64,000 nt of DNA. Source: Escherichia coli. GTDB taxonomy: Bacteria; Pseudomonadota; Gammaproteobacteria; Enterobacterales; Enterobacteriaceae. The stretch lies in NCBI RefSeq assembly GCF_048403405.1, contig NZ_CP183129.1. One strand, 5' to 3'. Positions 16,832 through 27,818 of the stretch are shown one piece after another. Each line of letters begins with the position of its first letter. The stretch's first letter is position 1. Below the pieces are notes generated by a model. The model searched no databases, had not been told where the DNA came from, and saw only the letters and a list, made by a program, of their open reading frames with translations. The translations under genes were made by a program, and so were the position numbers.

Positions 16832-17983
16832 ATGAAAAACAAATTACCGCCATTTATCGAGATTTACCGTGCTCTGATTGCCACACCTTCAATAAGCGCC
16901 ACGGAAGAGGCACTCGATCAAAGCAATGCAGATTTAATCACTCTGCTGGCGGACTGGTTTAAAAATTTAGGCTTCAATGTGGAAGTGCAGCCTGTGCCAG
17001 GAACTCGCAACAAATTTAATATGCTGGCAAGTACCGGACAGGGGGCTGGCGGTTTGTTGCTGGCGGGGCATACCGATACGGTGCCATTTGATGACGGACG
17101 CTGGACGCGCGATCCGTTTACACTGACGGAGCATGACGGCAAGCTTTACGGCTTAGGCACCGCCGACATGAAAGGCTTTTTTGCGTTTATCCTTGATGCG
17201 CTACGCGAAGTCGACGTCACGAAACTGAAAAAACCGCTCTACATTCTGGCGACTGCCGATGAAGAAACCAGTATGGCCGGAGCGCGTTATTTTGCCGAAA
17301 CTACCGCCCTGCGCCCGGATTGCGCCATCATTGGCGAACCGACGTCACTACAACCAGTACGTGCACATAAAGGTCATATCTCTAACGCCATCCGTATTCA
17401 GGGCCAGTCGGGCCACTCCAGCGATCCAGCACGCGGAGTTAACGCTATCGAACTGATGCACGACGCCATCGGACATATTTTGCAATTGCGCGATAACCTG
17501 AAAGAACGTTATCACTACGAAGCGTTTACCGTGCCATACCCCACGCTCAACCTCGGGCATATTCACGGTGGCGATGCATCTAACCGTATTTGCGCTTGCT
17601 GTGAATTGCATATGGATATTCGTCCGCTACCGGGCATGACACTCAATGAACTTAATGGTTTGCTCAACGATGCATTGGCTCCGGTGAGCGAACGCTGGCC
17701 GGGTCGTCTGACGGTCGACGAGCTGCATCCGCCGATCCCTGGCTATGAATGCCCGCCAAATCATCAACTGGTTGAAGTAGTTGAGAAATTGCTCGGAGCA
17801 AAGACCGAAGTGGTGAATTACTGTACCGAAGCGCCGTTTATTCAAACGTTATGCCCGACGCTGGTTCTGGGGCCTGGCTCAATTAATCAGGCTCATCAAC
17901 CTGATGAATATCTGGAAACACGGTTTATCAAGCCCACCCGCGAACTGATCACCCAGGTAATTCACCATTTTTGCTGGCATTAA
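16832..17983 (+). CDS. argE: acetylornithine deacetylase
   Basis: ORF 16793..17983; start most likely the internal [23 protein letters not shown] (383 aa); M20 peptidase family. Confidence 0.85.
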   Translation: MKNKLPPFIEIYRALIATPSISATEEALDQSNADLITLLADWFKNLGFNVEVQPVPGTRNKFNMLASTGQGAGGLLLAGHTDTVPFDDGRWTRDPFTLTEHDGKLYGLGTADMKGFFAFILDALREVDVTKLKKPLYILATADEETSMAGARYFAETTALRPDCAIIGEPTSLQPVRAHKGHISNAIRIQGQSGHSSDPARGVNAIELMHDAIGHILQLRDNLKERYHYEAFTVPYPTLNLGHIHGGDASNRICACCELHMDIRPLPGMTLNELNGLLNDALAPVSERWPGRLTVDELHPPIPGYECPPNHQLVEVVEKLLGAKTEVVNYCTEAPFIQTLCPTLVLGPGSINQAHQPDEYLETRFIKPTRELITQVIHHFCWH

Positions 17984-18027
17984 AAAAGCAAATCAGGCTG
18001 ATGACAAAGCCATGCAAGTGCACGGAC

Positions 18028-18078
18028 AGTCCCCTCGTCCCTTCGGGGAGAGGGTTAGGGTGAGGGGAAAACCGTGCC
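18028..18078. repeat. GC-rich palindromic intergenic repeat, BoxC-like
   Basis: CCCCTCGTCCCTTCGGGGAGAGGGTTAGGGTGAGGGG; the same family recurs at 33585-33685. Confidence 0.5.
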
Positions 18079-18394
18079 CATACTGACCCGTAAGCGAGTT
18101 TGTCAGCAATCTCAAATGATGCCCAAATGGTAACTACAACTCATAACTCTTTGGTGTTACTTGAGGCGATTTTTTAACATTTCCATAAGTTACGCTTATT
18201 TAAAGCGTCGTGAATTTAATGGCGTAAATTCCTGCTATTTATTCGTTTGCTGAAGCGATTTCGCAGCATTTGACGTCACCGCTTTTACGTGGCTTTATAA
18301 AAGACGACGAAAAGCAAAGCCCGAGCATATTCGCGCCAATGCGACGTGAAGGATACAGGGCTATCAAACGATAAGATGGGGTGTCTGGGGTAAT

Positions 18395-21046
18395 ATGAAC
18401 GAACAATATTCCGCATTGCGTAGTAATGTCAGTATGCTCGGCAAAGTGCTGGGAGAAACCATCAAGGATGCGTTGGGAGAACACATTCTTGAACGCGTAG
18501 AAACTATCCGTAAGTTGTCGAAATCTTCACGCGCTGGCAATGATGCTAACCGCCAGGAGTTGCTCACCACCTTACAAAATTTGTCGAACGACGAGCTGCT
18601 GCCCGTTGCGCGTGCGTTTAGTCAGTTCCTGAACCTGGCCAACACCGCCGAGCAATACCACAGCATTTCGCCGAAAGGCGAAGCTGCCAGCAACCCGGAA
18701 GTGATCGCCCGCACCCTGCGTAAACTGAAAAACCAGCCGGAACTGAGCGAAGACACCATCAAAAAAGCAGTGGAATCGCTGTCGCTGGAACTGGTCCTCA
18801 CGGCTCACCCAACCGAAATTACCCGTCGTACACTGATCCACAAAATGGTGGAAGTGAACGCCTGTTTAAAACAGCTCGATAACAAAGATATCGCTGACTA
18901 CGAACACAACCAGCTGATGCGCCGCCTGCGCCAGTTGATCGCCCAGTCATGGCATACCGATGAAATCCGTAAGCTGCGTCCAAGCCCGGTAGATGAAGCC
19001 AAATGGGGCTTTGCCGTAGTAGAAAACAGCCTGTGGCAAGGCGTACCGAATTACCTGCGCGAACTGAACGAACAACTGGAAGAGAATCTCGGCTACAAAC
19101 TGCCCGTCGAATTTGTTCCGGTCCGTTTTACCTCGTGGATGGGCGGTGACCGCGACGGCAACCCGAACGTCACGGCCGATATCACCCGCCACGTCCTGCT
19201 GCTCAGCCGTTGGAAAGCCACCGATCTGTTCCTGAAAGATATTCAGGTGCTGGTTTCTGAACTGTCGATGGTTGAAGCAACCCCTGAACTGCTGGCGCTG
19301 GTCGGCGAAGAAGGTGCCGCAGAACCGTATCGCTATCTGATGAAAAACCTGCGTTCTCGCCTGATGGCGACACAGGCATGGCTGGAAGCGCGCCTGAAAG
19401 GCGAAGAACTGCCAAAACCAGAAGGCCTGCTGACACAAAACGAAGAACTGTGGGAACCGCTCTACGCTTGCTACCAGTCCCTTCAGGCATGTGGCATGGG
19501 TATTATCGCCAACGGCGATCTGCTCGACACTCTGCGTCGCGTGAAATGTTTCGGCGTACCGCTGGTCCGTATTGATATCCGCCAGGAGAGCACCCGCCAT
19601 ACCGAAGCATTGGGCGAGCTGACCCGCTATCTCGGCATCGGCGATTATGAAAGCTGGTCAGAGGCCGACAAACAGGCATTCCTGATCCGCGAACTGAACT
19701 CCAAACGTCCGCTTCTGCCGCGCAACTGGCAACCAAGCGCCGAAACGCGCGAAGTGCTCGATACCTGCCAGGTGATTGCCGAAGCACCGCAAGGCTCCAT
19801 TGCCGCCTACGTGATCTCGATGGCGAAAACGCCGTCCGACGTGCTGGCTGTCCACCTGCTGCTGAAAGAAGCGGGTATCGGGTTTGCAATGCCGGTTGCT
19901 CCGCTGTTTGAAACCCTCGATGACCTGAACAACGCCAACGATGTCATGACTCAGTTGCTGAATATCGACTGGTATCGCGGCCTGATTCAGGGCAAACAGA
20001 TGGTGATGATTGGCTATTCCGACTCAGCAAAAGATGCGGGCGTGATGGCAGCGTCCTGGGCGCAATATCAGGCACAAGATGCATTAATCAAAACCTGCGA
20101 AAAAGCGGGTATTGAGCTGACGTTGTTCCACGGTCGCGGCGGTTCCATTGGTCGCGGCGGCGCACCTGCTCATGCGGCGCTGCTGTCACAACCGCCAGGA
20201 AGCCTGAAAGGCGGCCTGCGCGTGACTGAACAGGGCGAGATGATCCGCTTTAAATATGGTCTGCCAGAAATCACCGTCAGCAGCCTGTCGCTGTACACCG
20301 GGGCGATTCTGGAAGCCAACCTGCTGCCACCACCTGAGCCGAAAGAGAGCTGGCGTCGCATTATGGATGAACTGTCAGTCATCTCCTGCGATCTCTACCG
20401 TGGCTACGTACGTGAAAACAAAGATTTTGTGCCTTACTTCCGCTCCGCTACGCCGGAACAGGAACTGGGCAAACTGCCGTTGGGTTCACGTCCGGCGAAA
20501 CGTCGCCCGACTGGCGGCGTCGAGTCGCTGCGCGCCATTCCGTGGATCTTCGCCTGGACGCAAAACCGCCTGATGCTCCCCGCCTGGCTGGGTGCAGGTA
20601 CGGCGCTGCAAAAAGTGGTCGAAGATGGCAAACAGAGCGAGCTGGAGGCTATGTGCCGCGATTGGCCATTCTTCTCGACGCGTCTCGGCATGCTGGAGAT
20701 GGTCTTCGCCAAAGCAGACCTGTGGCTGGCGGAATACTATGATCAACGTCTGGTAGACAAAGCACTGTGGCCGTTAGGTAAAGAGTTACGCAATCTGCAA
20801 GAAGAAGACATCAAAGTGGTGTTGGCGATTGCCAACGATTCCCATCTGATGGCCGATCTGCCGTGGATTGCAGAGTCTATTCAGCTACGGAATATTTACA
20901 CCGACCCGCTGAACGTATTGCAAGCCGAGTTGCTGCACCGCTCCCGCCAGGCAGAAAAAGAAGGCCAGGAACCGGATCCTCGCGTCGAGCAGGCGTTAAT
21001 GGTCACTATTGCCGGGATTGCGGCAGGTATGCGTAATACCGGCTAA
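18395..21046 (+). CDS. ppc: phosphoenolpyruvate carboxylase
   Basis: 883-aa [46 protein letters not shown]…. Confidence 0.95.
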
Positions 21047-21228
21047 TCTTCCTCTCCTGCAACCCCTCGTGCTTTTGCGCGAGGGTTTTCTGAAATACTT
21101 CTGTTCTAACACCCTCGTTTTCAATATATTTCTGTCTGCATTTTATTCAAATTCTGGATATCCCTTCAGATATCCTTAAGGAATTGTCGTTACATTCGGC
21201 GATATTTTTTTCAAGACAGGTTCTTACT

Positions 21229-22962
21229 ATGCATTCCACAGAAGTCCAGGCTAAACCCCTTTTTAGCTGGAAAGCCCTGGGTTGGGCACTGCTCTACTTT
21301 TGGTTTTTCTCTACTCTGCTACAGGCCATTATTTACATCAGTGGTTATAGTGGCACTAATGGCATTCGCGACTCGCTGTTATTCAGTTCGCTGTGGTTGA
21401 TCCCGGTATTCCTCTTTCCGAAGCGGATTAAAATTATTGCCGCAGTAATCGGCGTGGTGCTATGGGCGGCCTCTCTGGCGGCGCTGTGCTACTACGTCAT
21501 CTACGGTCAGGAGTTCTCGCAGAGCGTTCTGTTTGTGATGTTCGAAACCAACACCAACGAAGCCAGCGAGTATTTAAGCCAGTATTTCAGCCTGAAAATT
21601 GTGCTTATCGCGCTGGCCTATACGGCGGTGGCAGTTCTGCTGTGGACACGCCTGCGCCCGGTCTATATTCCAAAGCCGTGGCGTTATGTTGTCTCTTTTG
21701 CCCTACTTTATGGCTTGATTCTGCATCCGATCGCCATGAATACGTTTATCAAAAACAAGCCATTTGAGAAAACGTTGGATAACCTGGCATCGCGTATGGA
21801 GCCTGCCGCACCGTGGCAATTCCTGACCGGCTATTATCAGTATCGTCAGCAACTAAACTCGCTAACAAAGCTACTGAATGAAAATAATGCCTTGCCGCCG
21901 CTGGCGAATTTCAAAGATGAATCGGGTAACGAACCGCGCACTTTAGTGCTGGTGATTGGCGAGTCGACCCAGCGTGGACGCATGAGTCTGTACGGTTATC
22001 CGCGTGAAACCACGCCGGAGCTGGATGCGCTGCATAAAACCGATCCGAATCTGACCGTGTTTAATAACGTGGTGACGTCTCGTCCGTACACCATTGAAAT
22101 CCTGCAACAGGCGCTGACCTTTGCCAATGAAAAGAACCCGGATCTGTATCTGACGCAGCCGTCGCTGATGAACATGATGAAACAGGCGGGTTATAAAACC
22201 TTCTGGATCACCAACCAGCAGACGATGACCGCCCGCAATACCATGCTGACGGTATTTTCGCGCCAGACCGACAAGCAGTACTACATGAACCAGCAACGTA
22301 CGCAGAGTGCGCGTGAATACGACACCAACGTGCTGAAGCCGTTCCAGGAAGTGCTGAATGACCCTGCGCCGAAGAAACTGATCATCGTTCATCTGCTGGG
22401 TACGCATATCAAATACAAATACCGCTACCCGGAAAATCAGGGCAAGTTTGATGGCAATACCGATCATGTTCCGCCGGGATTAAACGCGGAAGAGCTGGAG
22501 TCATATAACGATTATGACAACGCTAACCTGTATAACGATCATGTGGTTGCCAGCCTGATTAAAGACTTTAAAGCAGCAGACCCGAACGGTTTCCTGGTTT
22601 ACTTCTCTGACCACGGTGAAGAGGTTTACGACACGCCGCCGCACAAAACTCAGGGGCGTAACGAAGACAACCCGACGCGTCATATGTACACCATTCCGTT
22701 CCTGCTGTGGACGTCGGAAAAATGGCAAGCGGCTCATCCGCGTGATTTCTCGCAGGATGTTGATCGTAAATACAGCCTTGCGGAACTGATCCACACCTGG
22801 TCAGATTTGGCGGGCTTATCTTACGACGGTTACGATCCAACCCGTTCAGTGGTGAATCCGCAGTTCAAAGAAACTACCCGCTGGATTGGTAACCCGTACA
22901 AGAAAAACGCGCTGATCGATTACGACACGCTGCCATATGGCGACCAGGTAGGTAATCAGTAA
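21229..22962 (+). CDS. eptC: phosphoethanolamine transferase EptC
   Basis: ORF 21184..22962; start most likely the internal MHSTEVQAKPLFSW (577 aa); N-terminal TM segments plus sulfatase-like domain. Confidence 0.85.
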   Translation: MHSTEVQAKPLFSWKALGWALLYFWFFSTLLQAIIYISGYSGTNGIRDSLLFSSLWLIPVFLFPKRIKIIAAVIGVVLWAASLAALCYYVIYGQEFSQSVLFVMFETNTNEASEYLSQYFSLKIVLIALAYTAVAVLLWTRLRPVYIPKPWRYVVSFALLYGLILHPIAMNTFIKNKPFEKTLDNLASRMEPAAPWQFLTGYYQYRQQLNSLTKLLNENNALPPLANFKDESGNEPRTLVLVIGESTQRGRMSLYGYPRETTPELDALHKTDPNLTVFNNVVTSRPYTIEILQQALTFANEKNPDLYLTQPSLMNMMKQAGYKTFWITNQQTMTARNTMLTVFSRQTDKQYYMNQQRTQSAREYDTNVLKPFQEVLNDPAPKKLIIVHLLGTHIKYKYRYPENQGKFDGNTDHVPPGLNAEELESYNDYDNANLYNDHVVASLIKDFKAADPNGFLVYFSDHGEEVYDTPPHKTQGRNEDNPTRHMYTIPFLLWTSEKWQAAHPRDFSQDVDRKYSLAELIHTWSDLAGLSYDGYDPTRSVVNPQFKETTRWIGNPYKKNALIDYDTLPYGDQVGNQ

Positions 22963-23034
22963 ATGACCTTTGTATCGCGTCTGGCGCTATTTGCCGGATG
23001 CGATACTGCCGCAATGTTTACATCGAACTCCCCT

Positions 23035-23066
23035 CAGGCCACACTTTTCAGGTGGCCTTTTTTAAT
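23035..23066 (+). terminator. rho-independent terminator after eptC
   Basis: AGGCCACACTTTTCAGGTGGCC hairpin followed by TTTTTT. Confidence 0.6.
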
Positions 23067-23110
23067 AATGCCAGTTACTGTTTTCCCGTCTACATACCTA
23101 AGGGAATAAC

Positions 23111-23962
23111 ATGTATCACGACGTCAGCTATCTGCTCTCCCGCCTGATCAACGGCCCGCTGTCCCTGCGCCAGATTTACTTTGCCAGCAGTAACGGCCCG
23201 GTGCCCGATCTTGCGTATCAGGTCGATTTTCCACGGCTGGAAATTGTGCTGGAAGGTGAGTTTGTTGATACCGGCGCTGGAGCAACGTTAGTTCCCGGCG
23301 ATGTGCTGTACGTTCCCGCTGGTGGCTGGAATTTTCCACAATGGCAAGCCCCCGCCACTACCTTTAGCGTGCTGTTTGGCAAACAGCAACTCGGCTTCAG
23401 CGTCGTGCAATGGGATGGCAAACAATATCAAAATCTGGCGAAGCAACACGTCGCCCGACGCGGCCCGCGCATAGGTTCTTTTCTGCTACAAACGCTCAAT
23501 GAAATGCAAATGCAGCCGCAGGAGCAGCAAACTGCAAGGCTTATCGTCGCCAGCCTGCTTAGCCACTGCCGCGATTTGCTCGGCAGCCAAATCCAGACCG
23601 CCTCACGCAGCCAGGCACTGTTCGAAGCTATTCGTGATTATATCGACGAACGCTATGCCTCCGCGCTTACCCGCGAATCTGTCGCACAGGCATTCTATAT
23701 TTCGCCAAATTACCTCTCGCACCTGTTTCAAAAAACGGGGGCCATTGGTTTTAACGAATACCTGAATCACACGCGACTGGAGCACGCTAAGACGTTATTG
23801 AAAGGCTATGACCTGAAGGTAAAAGAAGTGGCGCACGCCTGCGGCTTTGTCGACAGCAACTACTTCTGCCGTCTGTTTCGTAAAAATACCGAACGCTCGC
23901 CGTCGGAATATCGTCGGCAGTACCACAGCCAACTGACAGAAAAACCGACTACTCCAGAATAA
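23111..23962 (+). CDS. yijO: AraC-family transcriptional regulator YijO
   Basis: 283-aa ORF with a C-terminal AraC-type HTH (…YISPNYLSHLFQKTGAIGFNEYLNHTRLEHAKTLL…). Confidence 0.85.
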   Translation: MYHDVSYLLSRLINGPLSLRQIYFASSNGPVPDLAYQVDFPRLEIVLEGEFVDTGAGATLVPGDVLYVPAGGWNFPQWQAPATTFSVLFGKQQLGFSVVQWDGKQYQNLAKQHVARRGPRIGSFLLQTLNEMQMQPQEQQTARLIVASLLSHCRDLLGSQIQTASRSQALFEAIRDYIDERYASALTRESVAQAFYISPNYLSHLFQKTGAIGFNEYLNHTRLEHAKTLLKGYDLKVKEVAHACGFVDSNYFCRLFRKNTERSPSEYRRQYHSQLTEKPTTPE

Positions 23963-24290
23963 GATGGGTTTGCTGCGGCGCAGAAAGCACTTTGCGCACC
24001 GCGCTCATCACCCGCTGCGGCTCACGCAGGAAAGCGTAGATGCTGCATTGCACATAGCGGCAATGCTCAAATCGCTCAGCACCAGCAAGCTCGATATCCG
24101 TAATTAACAGCGCAACATCCGCCCGGCGGATATCCTCGTCCGCTAAACGATTCTCCGTTCCCAGCGCGCCCTGAGTTTCAATGCTGACGCCCCACTTCTC
24201 TAACAGGCACAACTTTTCCAGCCGTTCCGCCGCCATATAAGTATGCGCCACGCCACTGACGCAGGCGGTTACTGCCACCAGGTATGCCAT
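23949..24290 (-). CDS. frwD: PTS fructose-like EIIB component FrwD
   Basis: ORF 23949..24353; start most likely the internal MAYLVAVTACVSGVAHTYMAAE (113 aa); PTS IIB Cys motif. Confidence 0.85.
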   Translation of the reverse strand: MAYLVAVTACVSGVAHTYMAAERLEKLCLLEKWGVSIETQGALGTENRLADEDIRRADVALLITDIELAGAERFEHCRYVQCSIYAFLREPQRVMSAVRKVLSAPQQTHLILE

Positions 24291-24291
24291 T

Positions 24292-25170
24292 TTAACCTCC
24301 CACGGTAACCTGAAATCCGGCCCGTTCTGCCATTTCGCGCATCGTTGCCACATCAGCTGACGACGGCGCAGGCACCTCTTTCATCGACCATGTTTTCCCC
24401 AGCAGGCGGTATTTCGGTTCGCCGTACTGGTGAAACGGTAACAGATGGATCTGCCTGATATTCAGCGGGATCAGCACGTCCAGCGCCTGCTGCATATTCT
24501 CCCGGCTGAGCGTGAAACCAGGGATCAGCGGTAAACGCGGGATCACGTTGACGCCCTCACTCACCAGCAAACGCAAGTTCTCCAGCACGCGTGGCAGGTT
24601 CATCTTCACCACATCCCGCGCCTGAGTCGCGTCCATAATTTTTAAATCGAACAGCACTTCATCGCACAATTTCGCCAGTGGTAATAGCTTGCTGGCTGGT
24701 GCGTCTCCGGCAGTTTCAATGGCGCATGACACCCCCCACAGCCGAAGTCGCTGTAAAAAACGGGTAGCAAACTCCGCCTGCATTAACACTTCGCCGCCAG
24801 AAAGCGTGACGCCGCCGCCGGACGTGCGAAAGAAAATGTCATCTTTCATCACTTCCCGTTCCAGCGCGTCAAGGCTGATATCGCGACCAATCCGTTCAAA
24901 CGCACCGGAGGGGCATTCATCCGCATCACGCAAACATTTCGCACAGTGCAGACATTTCGCCTCTCTGCGCACCGTCTGGATTTTGCCGGAGATCGACTCC
25001 GGATTAGCACACCACGGGCAAAGATGCGGACAGCCTTTAAAAAAGACCACCGTACGAATGCCCTCGCCGTCATTCAGTGAATAACGCTGAATGTTGAAAA
25101 TGCGCGCCACATCATTGCGGCGCGTTTCCACAACGTTACAGCTGATGCGCTGTCCGGCGGATGATGTCAT
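24292..25170 (-). CDS. pflC: pyruvate formate-lyase 2 activating enzyme
   Basis: ORF 24292..25239; internal start gives 292 aa; radical-SAM CxxxCxxC (GCPHLCPWCANPES). Confidence 0.85.
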   Translation of the reverse strand: MTSSAGQRISCNVVETRRNDVARIFNIQRYSLNDGEGIRTVVFFKGCPHLCPWCANPESISGKIQTVRREAKCLHCAKCLRDADECPSGAFERIGRDISLDALEREVMKDDIFFRTSGGGVTLSGGEVLMQAEFATRFLQRLRLWGVSCAIETAGDAPASKLLPLAKLCDEVLFDLKIMDATQARDVVKMNLPRVLENLRLLVSEGVNVIPRLPLIPGFTLSRENMQQALDVLIPLNIRQIHLLPFHQYGEPKYRLLGKTWSMKEVPAPSSADVATMREMAERAGFQVTVGG

Positions 25171-27433
25171 CCTGGATCTCCTTCGACAATTCGACAAAGA
25201 AGGCGCTGTATCCGGCAACGCGCACCACCAGCCCGGCATAATCTTGTGGGCGCTGTTGCGCTTCCCGCAACGTGTCGGCGTTCACCACGTTAAACTGAAT
25301 GTGTTGTAACTTAAGCTGGGTAAATGCCCGTAAGAAGTCGGCCAGTTTGCGTAATCCCGCTTCACCTTCCAGGGTCGCCGGAGTGAATTTCACGTTCAGC
25401 AACGTACCGTTAGACAGCAGCGTATTATCGAGCTTACTGACTGACTTCAGTACCGCCGTTGGCCCTTGTGCGTCCTGGCCCAGCATGGGTGACAAGCCGC
25501 CGTCTGCCAGTTGTTCACCGGCAAAACGACCGTCTGGCGTCGCGCCAACCACCGATCCCAACGGGACGTGAGCAGAAACGGTATACGATCCCGGCGTGAA
25601 GTAGCCGCCGCGCGGGTTCTGGTATTTTTCCACTTCTTTGCAGTAGTGGCGTAACAGTTCGGCGCTGATGTTATCCACCTCGTCGATATCGTTACCGTAT
25701 TTCTCGAAGCGGTTAATTAAGCGAGCACGGACTTTTTCGCCTTCTGGCGTTGCGAAGTTGGCTTTTAATACCGACAGCAATTCGTCAAAACTTAAACGCT
25801 GTTGATCAAAAATCATCCCTTTCAACGCATGGAGAGAATCGCTCAGGTTGGCGATACCGATCCCCTGTACGCCGGAGAAGTTATAACGCGCGCCGCCATC
25901 GGTAATATCGCGACCTTTTTCCAGACAATCGCTGATAAAAGACGAGAGCAGCGGTACAGGTGCCCAGTCGCGATGGCCGATATCACAAATATTGCTGCCC
26001 TCTACCATCAGGGTGATGTAGTGGCTGATCTTGGCGCGGATCTGTTCCAGTAAACCTTCATAAGTCAGCGCAGCGTTGCCTTCATTTTCATGCAGGCAGA
26101 TTTCCATCACTTTCAGCAGGTTAAACATCGCGATGTCATGCAAGCCGTAGGTTCTGCCGGGAATAGATAATTCCACGCAGCCCACTACGGAATAGTCGCG
26201 CGCATCTTCCAGCGAAACGCCACGGTTGAGGAACGCTGGCACCACCACTTCATCGTTAAAGATTTGCGGAATACCGGTACCGAGGCGAATAGTTTCTGCG
26301 GTTTTCATCAGGAACGGCGTGTCGATCAAGGCGTTAGTGCGCACCCCCAGGTTCGGTTGCGGTAATTGCACACTTTGATAGGCGTCGAGACAGAGGAACG
26401 AAAGTACGTTCACCGCGCTACGTCCGTTCTCGGTTAACCCGCCGAGCAGTGCGGTATAGCCGGTCGGGAAACCGGCGAAATAACGCGCGCTACTGGTGGA
26501 GCGCAACAGCACGATGTCGTTGCATTTCACCCATAAAGATTCGAGCAGTTCTTTCAGGAACGCCGGATCTTCGCCCTGGGTTAATGATGCCTGATAGAAC
26601 GGCAACATATACTGGTCGAAGCGCCCTAAAGACAGAGAACTGGCGTTGGATTCGTATTGCAGAATGATGTTCATGTACCAGAATAACTGGCACGCCTGCC
26701 AGAACGTCTGCGGCTTATGTTCGGCGTTATGGCGGGAGATCTCCGCAATAGTCAGCAGTTCTTCGCGACGCTGGGCATCTGTGCAGTTTGCCGCCATCGT
26801 TTCCGCCAGTTCAGCGTAACGCAGAATGTGTTTCCGCGAGGCTTCCAGCAGTAACAGCGCTGCCTGATAAAAGTGATTCTCCGGCTGTTGCTGACAATGT
26901 TGCTGCATCTGTGCCACCAGCTCACCCAGCCCGTGATTCAGCAGGCGCGGGTAATCAATAATAATGTGCCCCTGGCCTTTATCCGTCTGGTTGATGCTGA
27001 AAATCTGCGTGCTGGTCGCGGCTTTTACTTCATCCGTCATCTGCCCGTTAATGAAATCTTTCATCGAACGTTTTTCCCAGTACGGGAACAACTCTTCGCG
27101 GTAGATACGTTTATCTTCTTCGCTGATAGCAAAGCGGTCCTGCGGACGCGTCGGGAATTGATCCAGCTCTTTCAGCAGCCAGTAAGGGTCCATTTCCGGC
27201 GACATAATTCCGGCGCGCGGTTTCACCGTACGGTTACCGGCAATCAGTTCTTCATCACGAATCGAAATTTCAACATGTTCAAGGATATGCGCTGTTGCTT
27301 TCGCCCGGCGCAATATCACCGGTTCGCCTTCGGTTTGCCGATGGCTGGCGGTATAAAGCAGCGCCCGCTCCAGCGAGATTTCACGGGTATTGGCAAACAG
27401 TGCAGTTTTGAGGCGAGAGATACGATTCGTCAT
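25136..27433 (-). CDS. pflD: formate acetyltransferase 2 (glycyl-radical enzyme)
   Basis: 765-aa ORF with the C-terminal glycyl-radical motif (RVAGYSAFFVEL). Confidence 0.9.
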   Translation of the reverse strand: MTNRISRLKTALFANTREISLERALLYTASHRQTEGEPVILRRAKATAHILEHVEISIRDEELIAGNRTVKPRAGIMSPEMDPYWLLKELDQFPTRPQDRFAISEEDKRIYREELFPYWEKRSMKDFINGQMTDEVKAATSTQIFSINQTDKGQGHIIIDYPRLLNHGLGELVAQMQQHCQQQPENHFYQAALLLLEASRKHILRYAELAETMAANCTDAQRREELLTIAEISRHNAEHKPQTFWQACQLFWYMNIILQYESNASSLSLGRFDQYMLPFYQASLTQGEDPAFLKELLESLWVKCNDIVLLRSTSSARYFAGFPTGYTALLGGLTENGRSAVNVLSFLCLDAYQSVQLPQPNLGVRTNALIDTPFLMKTAETIRLGTGIPQIFNDEVVVPAFLNRGVSLEDARDYSVVGCVELSIPGRTYGLHDIAMFNLLKVMEICLHENEGNAALTYEGLLEQIRAKISHYITLMVEGSNICDIGHRDWAPVPLLSSFISDCLEKGRDITDGGARYNFSGVQGIGIANLSDSLHALKGMIFDQQRLSFDELLSVLKANFATPEGEKVRARLINRFEKYGNDIDEVDNISAELLRHYCKEVEKYQNPRGGYFTPGSYTVSAHVPLGSVVGATPDGRFAGEQLADGGLSPMLGQDAQGPTAVLKSVSKLDNTLLSNGTLLNVKFTPATLEGEAGLRKLADFLRAFTQLKLQHIQFNVVNADTLREAQQRPQDYAGLVVRVAGYSAFFVELSKEIQDDIIRRTAHQL

Positions 27434-27483
27434 GAGGAACTCCTGTGGGAAAGCGAACCCGCCCTTACGGGCGGGATAAGAAC

Positions 27484-27804
27484 TTAAGCGGTTTGTGCCA
27501 GGTGAGCTTCAATTTTGCTCATAATGGCATCAGCGCGTTTTACCGCGTCGCTGATGTTGACGCGCACGATGGTCTTGCCAGCAAAACGCTCTTCAAACTT
27601 GATGCCGATATCTTTGGTCAGAATCACCATATCGGCGCTCGCCACGTCTTCCGCAGTCAGTTCATTTTCCAGACCAATCGAGCCCTGGGTTTCTACTTTC
27701 ACTTCCCAGCCTTTCGCTTTCGCGGCACTTTCCAGCGCCTCTGCCGCCATATAGGTATGGGCAACACCAGATGGACACGCGGTTACTGCAATAATTTTCG
27801 TCAT
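27484..27804 (-). CDS. frwB: PTS fructose-like EIIB component FrwB
   Basis: 106-aa ORF MTKIIAVTACPSGVAHTYMAAEALE…. Confidence 0.9.
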   Translation of the reverse strand: MTKIIAVTACPSGVAHTYMAAEALESAAKAKGWEVKVETQGSIGLENELTAEDVASADMVILTKDIGIKFEERFAGKTIVRVNISDAVKRADAIMSKIEAHLAQTA

Positions 27805-27818
27805 GGCTCGTTCCTCAA

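Noticed and set aside
18000-18390. Possible small gene or sRNA in the 400-bp argE-ppc intergenic region
   Set aside because: Only the BoxC-like repeat and the ppc promoter region are evident; no ORF with a ribosome-binding site and no recognisable sRNA.
18947-19600. 217-aa minus-strand ORF inside ppc (and similar antisense ORFs in priA 58481..59248, hslU 62244..63239, oxyR 12536..13231)
   Set aside because: Antisense to well-supported conserved genes, with low-complexity, Arg/Gln-rich compositions typical of non-coding frames.
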